64,000 nucleotides of DNA, taken from positions 1,280,001 through 1,344,000 of the forward strand of contig CAXXKA010000008.1 of assembly GCA_963668625.2 (NCBI GenBank), in the 5' to 3' direction. The position numbers and the translations under genes were made by a program. Each line of letters opens with the position of its first letter. Position 1 is the first letter of the stretch. Shown here one piece after another: positions 20,784 to 30,850 of the stretch. The DNA comes from an uncultured candidate division Zixibacteria bacterium. Lineage in GTDB: Bacteria; Zixibacteria; MSB-5A5; UBA10806; 4484-95. The notes under the pieces are model-generated. The model saw nothing but the letters and a program-made list of their open reading frames with translations, had not been told where the DNA came from and searched no databases.

Positions 20784-22076
20784 CTAGTCCACCAATACTT
20801 TTTCTATTCGTGGGTGAAAATCTTTTAATGATTTGCCAATCCCTTTGGCGGACTTTAGAAAGTGTTGCTTTACGTCTTCTACAATAATTTCAATACCAAT
20901 CCTATAAGCTAAATTTTCAGATATGCGAGGAGAACACATTGTAAGTAAGTTCCGCATGACATTCCAGCGATTGTGAGATGAGCCTAATTCGGCTGTAGCA
21001 ATTGCTGCGGCAGCCTTGCACTCTATATTACCTAAATTATATATCATTTCAAGTCTGTTGATAATTACATCGCAATATGCAAAATCAAATGAGCCTTTGG
21101 CCCATTCACAGTACATAAGTGCTATTTTATACCACAAATCACCATCGGCGTCAAAAATATCTTGAATCCGTTTTTCGTCGAGTTCTACGCAAATTACGTT
21201 TATATCTTCTTCATTTGCTTCTGAAGAAATATATCTACTAAAGTTTAGCATTGTTTCATCATCCCAATCAAAGATGTTATTCAATTTTTCAAGCCATTCT
21301 GTTGTTGAAGGATTTGATTGATGTGTTGATGGGCTTGATAAAATTGTAAGTAATGCTCCACGAAGTATTGAAACATTTTGAAAACGTTTTTCTGGTTCTT
21401 TTACAGTACACCTTTCTATTATAGTCCCAATCGGTCCCTCGCATGTATGTTGTTGATATGGAATCCGCGCATTTGGTCCATCTCCATATACATCATGAAG
21501 TATCGCTCCAAAAGCATAAATATCTACTTTTTGTGTTGAGTGTTTAAAATCTAACACTTGTTCAGGCGCACAATAAGGAGCACTTCCCCAAGCTGACCTA
21601 GAAGAAGTAAATGTTGATGTTTCAGGTAACACAAGCCCGAAATCAGATAGTTTCCATCTCTTGTTATGTAAAAGAATGTTTTGGGGTTTTAAATCCCTGT
21701 GAGTATAACCAAGAGAATGCAACTCTTCAAGAGCGAATAGGATTTCTGCAAGTTGTTCCGTTAAATCTTTACCGTCTTGTTTAGATTCATTTATTTCATC
21801 TTCAAAGTTCCGGTCAGCTAATGGCATTGTAAACCAAGGTGCATTGCAATCAAGATCAAAATCTAAAATGGGAATAAATGATTGACTTTCTAAGGATGAT
21901 TGAATTTTTACTTCTCGTTTGAAACGTTTTTTTAACTTGTCTTGATTGCTAGCTAACAAAATGTCTGGTCTTGGATCGAAAACTTTTCGTGCTATAGTAT
22001 TACCTGGGCTTTCTTCAAGATATTCGACTCTGGCGAAGCCCCCCCGACATATTTTCTTTATATTTTTGTTATTCAT
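20784..22076 (-). CDS. Hanks-type Ser/Thr protein kinase with unknown helical C-terminal domain
   Basis: RGGFARV, ARK, RFKRE, HRDLKPQN, DFG, APE, DIYAFG; AT-rich codon usage. Confidence 0.92.
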   Translation of the reverse strand: MNNKNIKKICRGGFARVEYLEESPGNTIARKVFDPRPDILLASNQDKLKKRFKREVKIQSSLESQSFIPILDFDLDCNAPWFTMPLADRNFEDEINESKQDGKDLTEQLAEILFALEELHSLGYTHRDLKPQNILLHNKRWKLSDFGLVLPETSTFTSSRSAWGSAPYCAPEQVLDFKHSTQKVDIYAFGAILHDVYGDGPNARIPYQQHTCEGPIGTIIERCTVKEPEKRFQNVSILRGALLTILSSPSTHQSNPSTTEWLEKLNNIFDWDDETMLNFSRYISSEANEEDINVICVELDEKRIQDIFDADGDLWYKIALMYCEWAKGSFDFAYCDVIINRLEMIYNLGNIECKAAAAIATAELGSSHNRWNVMRNLLTMCSPRISENLAYRIGIEIIVEDVKQHFLKSAKGIGKSLKDFHPRIEKVLVD

Positions 22077-22230
22077 TGGAATTATTTTTCCCCTTTCTAA
22101 ACTAAATTAGTAAAATTTAAAGATAAAGTCAATGCTCATGTCTATCTTAATAATATCACCCATGAAACTATTATTGCATTATGGATGTTATAACTCGCAG
22201 TGAGAAAATTGAATTTATCGGGAGGATTAA

Positions 22231-22791
22231 ATGAGGAAAATTCTTTTCGGGCTCTTTATCATGACAATCGGGCTGGCGCTGGCTTGCGGCTCCTCGGATG
22301 ACAGCGCATCAAAGCAGGATGGCGGTTCGACCGAAATGGCCGCTTCCAACCTGGAGACATCCGGCAAAATAAACTGGATGAAATTCGATGACGGCTTAAA
22401 TGCCGCTACCAATGAGAATAAACATCTGATTGCCTATTTCTGGCGGGATGGCTGACCGTGGTGTACTAAAATGGAGAAGGGTACCTTCTCTGATGGATCA
22501 ATCATTTCTTTCGTAAATGATAATTTCGTTGCCGCTAAAGTAAAGACCACGAATAACGAAACATTCGACACGCCGTTTGGTGAGATGAATACCGGCCAAT
22601 TAGCCAGATCTTTACGTATCCGAGGTGTTCCTGCGGTTTTCTTTTTCGATATCGAGGGCAAACCGGTTTTTAACGTCCCTGGCTATGTCCCACCCGATAT
22701 GTATCTGACGATACTGAAATACGTATCGGAAAAGCATTATATGAACAAAAGCTTCGAGGAATTCCAGGGTTCTGAAAAAACAACGATGTAA
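22231..22791 (+). CDS. Thioredoxin-fold (SoxW-like) lipoprotein with selenocysteine, UxxC motif (TGA 22453-22455 read through)
   Basis: Two in-frame ORFs join as ...YFWRDG-TGA-PWCTKME...; lipobox LALAC; cis-Pro loop RGVPA; hairpin downstream of the TGA. Confidence 0.85.
22472..22492 (+). promoter_or_regulatory. Putative bacterial SECIS hairpin
   Basis: GAGAAGG-GTA-CCTTCTC perfect stem plus two flanking G-U pairs; loop begins with G 25 nt after the UGA. Confidence 0.7.
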
Positions 22792-22893
22792 TAGTAATAA
22801 AACATTAGTAAAATGCCCATAGTTAACCAGCTATGGGTATTTTTTTGCTTTTTACTGATTGACTTTTCATACGATTGGAGCGTATTTAGAGAT

Positions 22894-23034
22894 ATGCCTG
22901 AAGGATTTGAAGGATTTTTCGCGTCACACCCAATCTGGGCTGTAATATTAATAATATTGATGGCTCTGCCAATCGTGGGGGCTGTAGCCTGGGTAATCCA
23001 AAGAGCGATCAAAAAGCCCAATAAAGATCAATAG
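22894..23034 (+). CDS. Small single-TM membrane protein (46 aa)
   Basis: MPEGFEGFFASHPIWAVILIILMALPIVGAVAWVIQRAIKKPNKDQ; TM followed by basic tail. Confidence 0.55.
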   Translation: MPEGFEGFFASHPIWAVILIILMALPIVGAVAWVIQRAIKKPNKDQ

Positions 23035-23391
23035 TATCCACTACCTTGTTGTCGTAATCAAAACGCTCCGTTTGTAGCCTTTTTAGATAAGATTTATTGG
23101 CTTATTAATAGACTTTTTCCATCACCTATGGGATTTTTCCAATATTTTTACAGCTAATGGAATAAACAGTATAGCCTGCCTGTATCTTAACAAACCCTAC
23201 AAAATAAAGCCTTTTCGGCCAAAGCAAAGGATTTGAAACGGTGAAACATCGGCCGGAATGGTTGTTGCAATTTGTCAAGGAGGTTCTGTGAAAAATAGTA
23301 AACCTTTAAAAATTCGGAATAACTGCCGATAAAATTACTGGAGCTTATTGACAACGTAATTTTCGGCGATATTCCGGGATCGGAGCCTCAC

Positions 23392-23535
23392 GTGGCCAAG
23401 AAGAAGAAAAAACCGGATTATAAGATGCCGAAAAAAACCTGTTGGCATTTGTATAGCTTACAGAACTTGAATTCTGAGAAGTTCATTAAGGTTGTGGCGA
23501 AGATTTTAGATAGCGAATACATGTTGATCAAATAA
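23392..23535 (+). CDS. Putative small basic protein (47 aa)
   Basis: GGAG RBS then GTG; MAKKKKKPDYKMPKKTCWHLYSLQNLNSEKFIKVVAKILDSEYMLIK; below the ORF track cutoff. Confidence 0.45.
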   Translation: MAKKKKKPDYKMPKKTCWHLYSLQNLNSEKFIKVVAKILDSEYMLIK

Positions 23536-23540
23536 AAAGA

Positions 23541-23569
23541 TTGACATTTACCGAGCTGAATCGTAAATT
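23541..23569 (+). promoter_or_regulatory. Sigma70-type promoter of the M23 gene
   Basis: TTGACA-17nt-TAAATT. Confidence 0.6.
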
Positions 23570-23602
23570 GGCCAGAGCCTTGAAGTTGAGCAGGAGGTTT
23601 GC

Positions 23603-24517
23603 ATGCCCCAATCGAAATTTTCAGTAATCATCGTGCCTGATGATACTGGAAAGGTGATTAAGAGACGGCTTTCGAAATGGAAATTGATTGCAGTGCTGAG
23701 TTTCGCTGTACTATTCGTTTGCGTTTCAGCGTTTTTTACTTACGGTTATTTTAAAGCGAATATCGATTCGCAGAAGTTAGTTTCGCTCGAAAAAGAAAAT
23801 TTATATTTATCGACTAAGATTGCCGGTCTCCAGGAATCGGTCGAGAGTATTAAAGGCAAGATGTCTACGATTATCGAAACCGATGAGAACATAAGATTGG
23901 TTTTCGATTTTCCCTCTATCGATCCCTCGATAAGAGAGGTCGGTATCGGTGGTCCGGAATACGGCGTAATGGAATTCAATTCACCGGCATCGCAAGACCT
24001 GGATTTCGTCGAACAGGATATCGATAAGATCCTTCGCCAGTTGAAACTGGAGAACGCCTCGTTCGAGGAGATATATACTCAAGTACAGGAAAAGAAACAC
24101 GTTCTCGACCATATGCCATCCATAAAGCCCTGCGAGGGGTTGATTACCTCGGGTATGGGTATGAGGCGCGATCCATTCACGGGTTTATTGACCCAGCATA
24201 ACGGGCTCGATATTGCCACGCCGAAAGGAACACCGGTTTACGCTCCTGCCAACGGTAAGGTAGTTAAAGCCCATTATGAAAGAGGAATGGGTAACCTGAT
24301 TGTTATTGATCACGGGAACAATCTTAAATCTTACTATGGCCATCTTAGCTTGATAAAAGTCAAGAAAGGCCAGCGAGTAAACCGTATGGATGTCATAGGA
24401 GCCGTAGGTTCCACCGGTCGTTCCACCGGATCGCATCTACATTATGAGATCAGGAAATATAATCGGCCGATTAATCCTCGCGACTATTTCGTGAAATCGA
24501 TTATCTATCGCAATTAA
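23603..24517 (+). CDS. M23 metallopeptidase (TM, coiled coil, M23)
   Basis: HNGLD, YYGHL, STGRSTGSHLHYE; AGGAGG RBS. Confidence 0.92.
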   Translation: MPQSKFSVIIVPDDTGKVIKRRLSKWKLIAVLSFAVLFVCVSAFFTYGYFKANIDSQKLVSLEKENLYLSTKIAGLQESVESIKGKMSTIIETDENIRLVFDFPSIDPSIREVGIGGPEYGVMEFNSPASQDLDFVEQDIDKILRQLKLENASFEEIYTQVQEKKHVLDHMPSIKPCEGLITSGMGMRRDPFTGLLTQHNGLDIATPKGTPVYAPANGKVVKAHYERGMGNLIVIDHGNNLKSYYGHLSLIKVKKGQRVNRMDVIGAVGSTGRSTGSHLHYEIRKYNRPINPRDYFVKSIIYRN

Positions 24518-24544
24518 ATTCGTTCGCGAATAATGATAAATTCT

Positions 24545-24569
24545 AGCCCCGGTTATGCCGGGGTTTTTT
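24545..24569 (+). terminator. Intrinsic terminator
   Basis: GCCCCGG-TTATG-CCGGGGT followed by a T run. Confidence 0.8.
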
Positions 24570-24613
24570 ATTGGTACTAAAAACTACAGGTTTTTATGAC
24601 GGAATACTGCTTT

Positions 24614-24698
24614 GTGGTCGGCACACGTCCCCATGTGCCCCTTGGCAGTAGTAGATGTTAGGTGGTGAATGCAGCAGACGAGGACGTCCGCCAGCCAC
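24614..24698. repeat. Inverted REP doublet (REPIN-like) with GTGG ends
   Basis: GTGGTCGGCACACGTCCCCATGTGCC ... GCAGACGAGGACGTCCGCCAGCCAC; similar to 42103..42193. Confidence 0.6.
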
Positions 24699-24891
24699 GA
24701 ACGATGTAATAGAAGGCCAAGGCCGACCGATATATCCGATAGAAAACCACCGGCATATTTGTAATCACGGCTCCCCGGCCGGGATGACAGGATTTGATAG
24801 CGCAAGTTTTCGCTAAGACGGCAGGGATCTTTTCCCGACGATATTCAGCATGAATAGGAACTACTCACTCTTAATCTCGAATAGTTTAAAT

Positions 24892-25734
24892 CTATGGTTG
24901 CTGGATATTTTGCGGTATAGCTGTTTTATTTTGTTCCGCGGCTTTTTTACGTTTCTCGGCGAAAGAATTCTTTATGAATTGTAGCAACATTTCCAAGTCA
25001 ATCGGTTTGTGAATCATCTGCTCGACGCCAAAATACATATAGGTGTTGGTCATCTTGCACGGGTTGTGGAACGTGGTGAGAAACAAGGAATAGTTAGGAT
25101 TACTTTTATGACATATTTCGAATAAATCGAAAGCCTCGAAACCGGTCAAATCGGTGAAACAATCGAATAGCACTAAATCGGGCTTGTCCTCAGCCACCAG
25201 ATCGATAAAATCGAGAATATTCGAGCAGTGATAAGTGTTGTACTGATGTTGGCTGAGGTAACCCGACAGGTATTTAGCCGTTCTATATTCCGAATCGCAG
25301 ATTACGATTTCCTTGGCAGTGTTCATACTAACGAAATAATCGTTGCCCAGAGCGGCCTCGATGTAGATAAGCATCTGTGGAAGTACCAGTGGTTTTCTCA
25401 TGAACGCGGAAATACCCAGACGTTTTTTCTCGGGTTGGATTTTCTCCTCCGTAAGGTACCCGGATATGACGATAACGGGAACGCTTTTAATCCTGATGAC
25501 ATCCTTGAGATTATTCTCATAGCGCCTGATTACCTCGAGTAACTCGAAACAATTCATATCGCGAAGGTTGTAGTCGGTGATTATCAAATCTGGTTTGAGT
25601 TTTTCGTATATTTCGATAGCCTTATAGCCGGTGTCGGCATCAAAAACTATATAACCATTACCGGCGAGGTATTGATGAAGGCTGTAACGAACCTGGAATA
25701 TATCATCGATGAGGAGTATCTTTTTATCTTCCAT
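24892..25734 (-). CDS. Response regulator with two tandem receiver domains
   Basis: ILLIDD..DLIITD..ISG..KP and IVICD..DLVLFD..TT..KP. Confidence 0.85.
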   Translation of the reverse strand: MEDKKILLIDDIFQVRYSLHQYLAGNGYIVFDADTGYKAIEIYEKLKPDLIITDYNLRDMNCFELLEVIRRYENNLKDVIRIKSVPVIVISGYLTEEKIQPEKKRLGISAFMRKPLVLPQMLIYIEAALGNDYFVSMNTAKEIVICDSEYRTAKYLSGYLSQHQYNTYHCSNILDFIDLVAEDKPDLVLFDCFTDLTGFEAFDLFEICHKSNPNYSLFLTTFHNPCKMTNTYMYFGVEQMIHKPIDLEMLLQFIKNSFAEKRKKAAEQNKTAIPQNIQQP

Positions 25735-26058
25735 TAACGCCTTTATTTCCCATTATTGCCTATTTACATTAATACCCCTGATAAATATGTCGGCAGAAAT
25801 CGGTTAACATGTAAGTAATTGAAATACATTCTTTGATAATGTCGAATTGGTGTATTCTTTGAAACCTAACCTGCCATTCTTTCTTAATGACATCGATTAA
25901 TAATAATCTTCCATTGGAGTTTCAAAACTGAAATGTTTAAAAGTCAATAATATATAAATTAATCAGATTTTAAAACCGTCCTCAAATCCGCCGATAATCA
26001 TATTAACTGATGTAAATCATTGATAATAACTTAGATAAGATAAATGCAGGAGGCGCAA

Positions 26059-27171
26059 ATGACTATGTTGATGGAAGTTATCGAATGGATGGATATGACC
26101 GAGCGGGATATGATTCACCGCTTTCCCGAAACCGGCTCGGCCGATATAAAATTAGGCGCGCAGTTAATAGTTCGCGATTCCCAATCGGCCGTGTTTTTCA
26201 CTAACGGCAAAGCTTACGATAGCGTCGGCGCCGGCCGTCACACCCTGACCAGCCTGAATATTCCACTCCTGACCAGAGCGCTGTCTTTGCCGTGGAATTT
26301 CAAATCGCCTTTCAGGTGCGAAGTTTATTTTATCAACCATAAAGTATTTACCAATTTGAAATGGGGTACTAAAGACCCGGTGGCTTTCAGGGACAGGGAA
26401 CTGGGCCTGGTGCGTCTCCGTGGCTACGGAACATATACTTGCCGTATAACACAGCCGCTGGTGTTTATCAACTCGCTGGTGGGACGGGAGGCCAAATTCA
26501 CCACCGATGATATCGGGGATTATCTTCGGGATGTCATTGTCTCCCGGCTTAACGATATGTTCGGTGAGAAACTGGAAACGATATTCGATTTGCCGGCACA
26601 GTTCGATGAGATAGGTAACGATATCAAGGTTCGTATTTCGAACGATTTCTCCAAGTATGGGCTGGAGTTGATCGATTTCTTCGTGACCTCGATAACGCCT
26701 CCTGATGAGGTTCAGAAGATGATCGATGAGAAGTCCTCCATGAAAGCCGTTGGCGATCTGGATAAGTTTTTGAAATACTCGTTAGCCAAGGCAATGGGTG
26801 GTGGAGGCGACATGGCACAGGCCGGCGCAGGCATGGGCATGGGGGCCGGTATCGGTATGATAATGCCGGGCATGGTGCAGGGCGCGATGAGTCCCGAACG
26901 CGATTTGAAAGGCGAGCCTATTCCGACAGTAACCTGCCCTAAATGCGGTACCGATACACCGGATAACTCCAGGTTTTGTTACAAATGCGGGCATCAGATG
27001 ATGACTATCAACAAATGCCCGAACTGCGATACCGACCTTCCACCGGAGGCCAAATACTGTTTCAGTTGTGGGGTGGAGATTGCCGCGAAATTGACCTGCA
27101 AACATTGCGGTACGAATATCATCCCCGGATCGAAATTCTGTACCAATTGCGGCGAAAAGCTGGATGGCTGA
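26059..27171 (+). CDS. SPFH/Band 7 (YdjI-like) protein with C-terminal double zinc ribbons
   Basis: [19 protein letters not shown], Gly/Met linker, six CxxC pairs; AGGAGG RBS before ATG 26059. Confidence 0.88.
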   Translation: MTMLMEVIEWMDMTERDMIHRFPETGSADIKLGAQLIVRDSQSAVFFTNGKAYDSVGAGRHTLTSLNIPLLTRALSLPWNFKSPFRCEVYFINHKVFTNLKWGTKDPVAFRDRELGLVRLRGYGTYTCRITQPLVFINSLVGREAKFTTDDIGDYLRDVIVSRLNDMFGEKLETIFDLPAQFDEIGNDIKVRISNDFSKYGLELIDFFVTSITPPDEVQKMIDEKSSMKAVGDLDKFLKYSLAKAMGGGGDMAQAGAGMGMGAGIGMIMPGMVQGAMSPERDLKGEPIPTVTCPKCGTDTPDNSRFCYKCGHQMMTINKCPNCDTDLPPEAKYCFSCGVEIAAKLTCKHCGTNIIPGSKFCTNCGEKLDG

Positions 27172-28561
27172 TTATCAACTGATATATAACTGTCCCGGTT
27201 GTGGCAAACCCTCAAATACGCCGGAGGGCGCGCTAACCAATCGATGCGAATACTGTGATCTGGTAGTCAGGCTGGGCGCGCCGGGACGAGTGCTGAAATA
27301 TTTCTATCCCTCGCGTATAGATCAATATGGCGCACGCATGGCCGCCGATCGGTATCTTAAAAAAATAGGCCAACCGTTGACCACGCATATAGCGAGAGCT
27401 CAATCGTTTTATCTTCCCTTTTACAGATTTCGCGGGATCGCGTTAGATTATATTAAACCTAAAGAGAAAATCTCGAGTCTTGGTATTGACCCGTACACAC
27501 AGGTGGTGAACTCCAAAGTTGAGCCTAAGCTGAAAGTTAAGGATTTCGATGTAACGATACCGGGGGAGAACTCTGGAGATTTCGGGCTGGTTTCGTTGGG
27601 TATCCGACCGCAGGCCGTGCCTCTTTATGGTTTCAGCCGTGGGGAGATACCCGAAGATACGATTATAGTCAGCTCCGATATCACCCCGACACAGGCGGAG
27701 GATCAGGCGCTTAAAATGCGGAATGCCAATACTCTTCTATATAGTAAAAACCAGGCGGATATCTCGGCAATGATAGGCGAGAGAGTCACGTCGATTTATT
27801 TCCCGGTATGGGCATTAAGTTACGAGACGCACAACGAGAAGAAAACCGTGTTCGTGGATGCTCTGGCCAAACGGGGGTACCATCAGGCGGAGGGATTTTA
27901 CGAATACACCGGGCCCGTGTCTTCAGAGGTAAACTCACATTTCGTGAAACCCCGCCGCCACCAGTGCCCCAATTGCGGTGATGATCTACAGGAGGATCAT
28001 TTCTCACTGTTTTACCCCTGCAAAAATTGTAACAGGGCTTATGTGCTGGATACGACCGGCGGCTACAGCCAGGTGCATGTCAAGTGCGCCGGCTCCGAGG
28101 TCTGCGCGCCGTTCTGGCGTTTCCCGATGGTGATTGAGGGGGACAGGCGATTTGCCACGGTTGCAGAATTCGCCAAACTACTGCCCAGCGAGATAGCTCT
28201 GTTACGGAAAGAAAAGCGCGATAAACAGTTCTATCTGTACAGTCCGGCTTATAAATCCTCTGATGCCAGGAGCTGGTTTAACAACGCTTATTCGATGCTG
28301 ATAACTCAGCCTCAGCACGAGCTTGGCGATAAACTGCCTGAAAAGCAGTTACCATTCAATATCGATCAATCCGAAGCCCGTCAGATGGCGATATTTTTAT
28401 GGAAGAAATTGGCGATGAAATATGCCTGGGGATTGCCCCAGCTTAAAGATTTAAGCGAATCTCACCTTCCCGAGGGAGAAATCGTTTGGTATCCGGCGCA
28501 AAATTATGCTTTAATACACAAAGTTAAAGGTTTTAAAGAGGTGGATGTTTTAGATACATGA
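27164..28561 (+). CDS. Zinc-ribbon hypothetical protein (YdjG-like SPFH partner)
   Basis: CPGC/CEYC, CPNC/CKNC, YLPFY and FPVW motifs; overlaps the SPFH stop. Confidence 0.7.
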   Translation: MADYQLIYNCPGCGKPSNTPEGALTNRCEYCDLVVRLGAPGRVLKYFYPSRIDQYGARMAADRYLKKIGQPLTTHIARAQSFYLPFYRFRGIALDYIKPKEKISSLGIDPYTQVVNSKVEPKLKVKDFDVTIPGENSGDFGLVSLGIRPQAVPLYGFSRGEIPEDTIIVSSDITPTQAEDQALKMRNANTLLYSKNQADISAMIGERVTSIYFPVWALSYETHNEKKTVFVDALAKRGYHQAEGFYEYTGPVSSEVNSHFVKPRRHQCPNCGDDLQEDHFSLFYPCKNCNRAYVLDTTGGYSQVHVKCAGSEVCAPFWRFPMVIEGDRRFATVAEFAKLLPSEIALLRKEKRDKQFYLYSPAYKSSDARSWFNNAYSMLITQPQHELGDKLPEKQLPFNIDQSEARQMAIFLWKKLAMKYAWGLPQLKDLSESHLPEGEIVWYPAQNYALIHKVKGFKEVDVLDT

Positions 28562-29456
28562 GCAAAGTCGGAATTATTGATATCGGAACCAATACGGTTC
28601 TCTGCTTAAAAGCCTCGGTTAATGATGACTCCATAGATATACTTTTCGACAGCCGTTTCCATTACCGGGCCGGCCGTCGCCTGGACTCCGCCGGTAATAT
28701 TGCCGAGGAGTACCGTACCGGATTGCGGCGGGCATTGATTTCGGCAATGAGTACGATAGACGACTGCGAAAGTATCAAGATCGTGGCCACTGAGGTATTG
28801 CGTAAGCCTAAAGACGGTGTCTCGTTTGCCAAGGAGCTTTCCTCGGAGATTAACCGTACAATCGAGATAATCGAACCTCAACGAGAGGCCGAGTTAAGCT
28901 ATTTCGGTGCAACACATAATCTGGAGGATATCTCTGGTAAAGTGACCATGATCGATATCGGCGGTGGTTCGAGTGAGCTGGCGGTTGGCAGTAATGGCGA
29001 GCTCGAAAACTGGTCGGGAGTGCGAATGGGGGCTGTCAGTATTAACGAGGCTGTTGGCTATGAAAAGCCTCTCGATGAGTATATTCGTCACGCGGATACG
29101 ATTTTCGATAAATCGGATTTCTCGGGCTTCTATCGCCAAAACCGGCACGAATGATTATCGTTGGCGGGACGGCCGTGACATTGGCGGCGATATTAAATCA
29201 ACAGAAAACTTTTAACGCCGAGGAGATCGAGGGATTCGAATTTAATCGCGAAGTGCTTACCCTGCTTTTAGAAAGCCTCGCCCTGATGTCACACGAAAAG
29301 CGCAAAAAGGCGCTGGTATTCGATCAAGAGCGAGCCGATATTATCGTGGGAGGCGGGGCTATCGTGTTATCATTTATGAACAAATACGACATTTCAACCG
29401 TAAAAATATCTACGAGTGGACTCCGTCATGGATTACTGCTGGAACTGTATGGGTGA
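28558..29456 (+). pseudogene. Ppx/GppA phosphatase family gene split by a -1 frameshift (or sequencing error)
   Basis: IDIGTNT, ATE.LR, EAELS..G and DIGGGSSE in 28558..29154; VGGT, RADII and GLRHG in 29151..29456. Confidence 0.75.
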
Positions 29457-29564
29457 ATTTGAGCTTGACATTGATAAGCGGAACGATATTTTATGATATT
29501 CATTCAGGAGGGTGTCTGATAAGATTGCTAAAGGTTGAATTAGTCGAGTACATTATTTAAGAGG

Positions 29565-30830
29565 GTGAAAATTAATTCTACTGGAAAGGATAGTATCTTG
29601 TCAGGCAACTCAAACTTACTACACCGTTTTAGTAATTTATTTTTATTAACTGTCATAGGATTAGCCTTGATTCTGGGTTTCGCCTGTGGCGGTAATGACG
29701 AGGATAACGACGCGCCGGTAATTTCCGGCCTGATTGCTCCGGATTTTATACCGATTGGTTTTTCACGGTCTGTTTATTTCACATTAGATGTCGATGATAA
29801 CCAGGGTCTGGATGATATTCAGTTAGTGTATTTCACTATTTTGTATCCGGGTACAACATCCCCAACTGATACATTATATATGTATGATAACGGCGAGGAT
29901 GGTGATGTTACCAACGGTGACGGTACTTTCACGTATGAAGTAACATCAGAAAATACGCCTCAAACCGCCGGTGATTATACTTATAGTTTCATAGCGGTTG
30001 ATTCTAAAAACTCATATTCGGAATCAATTGGTAGGGTAATCACTATTGATGAAACCAGCAGCCCTTATATTTATGATTTGACAACCCCTGATTATATTCA
30101 AATCAGTTTCCCGGAGTATTATCTTTTTACCGTTAAGGTGGAGGATCAGGATGGTCTTGATGATGTAAATTCCGTATTTTTCTTAGTTGAGGATCCTCAA
30201 GGTTCAATCGATCCTGATACCTCGTTTATGTATGATGACGGCACCGAACATGATGTAACAGCTAATGACGGTATCTACTCATACGCTATGACCGAGCAAG
30301 GCGATTTCACCTTTGAGGGTGATTATATATTCCATTTCCACTCGATAGATAATTATTACAACGTATCGAATGAGTTGGTTGATACTATATTTATCGATGA
30401 TGGGCCGAATCCCATGGTGTACGATCTCGTAGCGCCTGATTCGCTTCCCCGGGGCTCCGATTCGACATCATTTTTATCGGTGCGAGTATGGGATCCGCAG
30501 GGATTGGCGGATGTTGATTCGGCTTCTTTCTGGGTTTACAGACCTGATGGCACCACTAATGGAAGTATGATCGGTTTGTTCGATGACGGACAACGTTATG
30601 GGAGTGGTGATTCTGTTGCAAACGATGGAATATACTCGAGAGGTATCCAAGCCCCGAATACAGAAAGCCAACTGGGTACATTCACGTTTTATTTTGCCGC
30701 CTTCGATTCGGAAGGTAATTCGTCTGATACTCTATCTAAACTAATCGAAGTTTATGATCCGGGTATTGTCACAAATGATGAAAGCGGGGAATATATCCGC
30801 CCTTATGAAGTACCAAACATGTGGAGATAA
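29565..30830 (+). CDS. Lipoprotein with three acidic Ig-like (choice-of-anchor X-like) repeats
   Basis: Lipobox GFAC; three copies of (M/L)(Y/F)D(N/D)G...D...(G/N)DG(T/I)(F/Y); start uncertain. Confidence 0.8.
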   Translation: MKINSTGKDSILSGNSNLLHRFSNLFLLTVIGLALILGFACGGNDEDNDAPVISGLIAPDFIPIGFSRSVYFTLDVDDNQGLDDIQLVYFTILYPGTTSPTDTLYMYDNGEDGDVTNGDGTFTYEVTSENTPQTAGDYTYSFIAVDSKNSYSESIGRVITIDETSSPYIYDLTTPDYIQISFPEYYLFTVKVEDQDGLDDVNSVFFLVEDPQGSIDPDTSFMYDDGTEHDVTANDGIYSYAMTEQGDFTFEGDYIFHFHSIDNYYNVSNELVDTIFIDDGPNPMVYDLVAPDSLPRGSDSTSFLSVRVWDPQGLADVDSASFWVYRPDGTTNGSMIGLFDDGQRYGSGDSVANDGIYSRGIQAPNTESQLGTFTFYFAAFDSEGNSSDTLSKLIEVYDPGIVTNDESGEYIRPYEVPNMWR

Positions 30831-30850
30831 TTGCTTAAGAGATAAAAGAG

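Noticed and set aside
22453-22455. TGA as a plain nonsense mutation, or genome-wide TGA recoding
   Set aside because: TGA is a true stop in many genes here (dapF, dnaE, sdhC, sdhB). Its position at the redox Cys plus the hairpin favours Sec, although a nonsense mutation cannot be fully excluded.
24584-24805. 73 aa minus-strand ORF
   Set aside because: It overlaps a REP doublet, has a TTG start without RBS, and shows no protein-like features.
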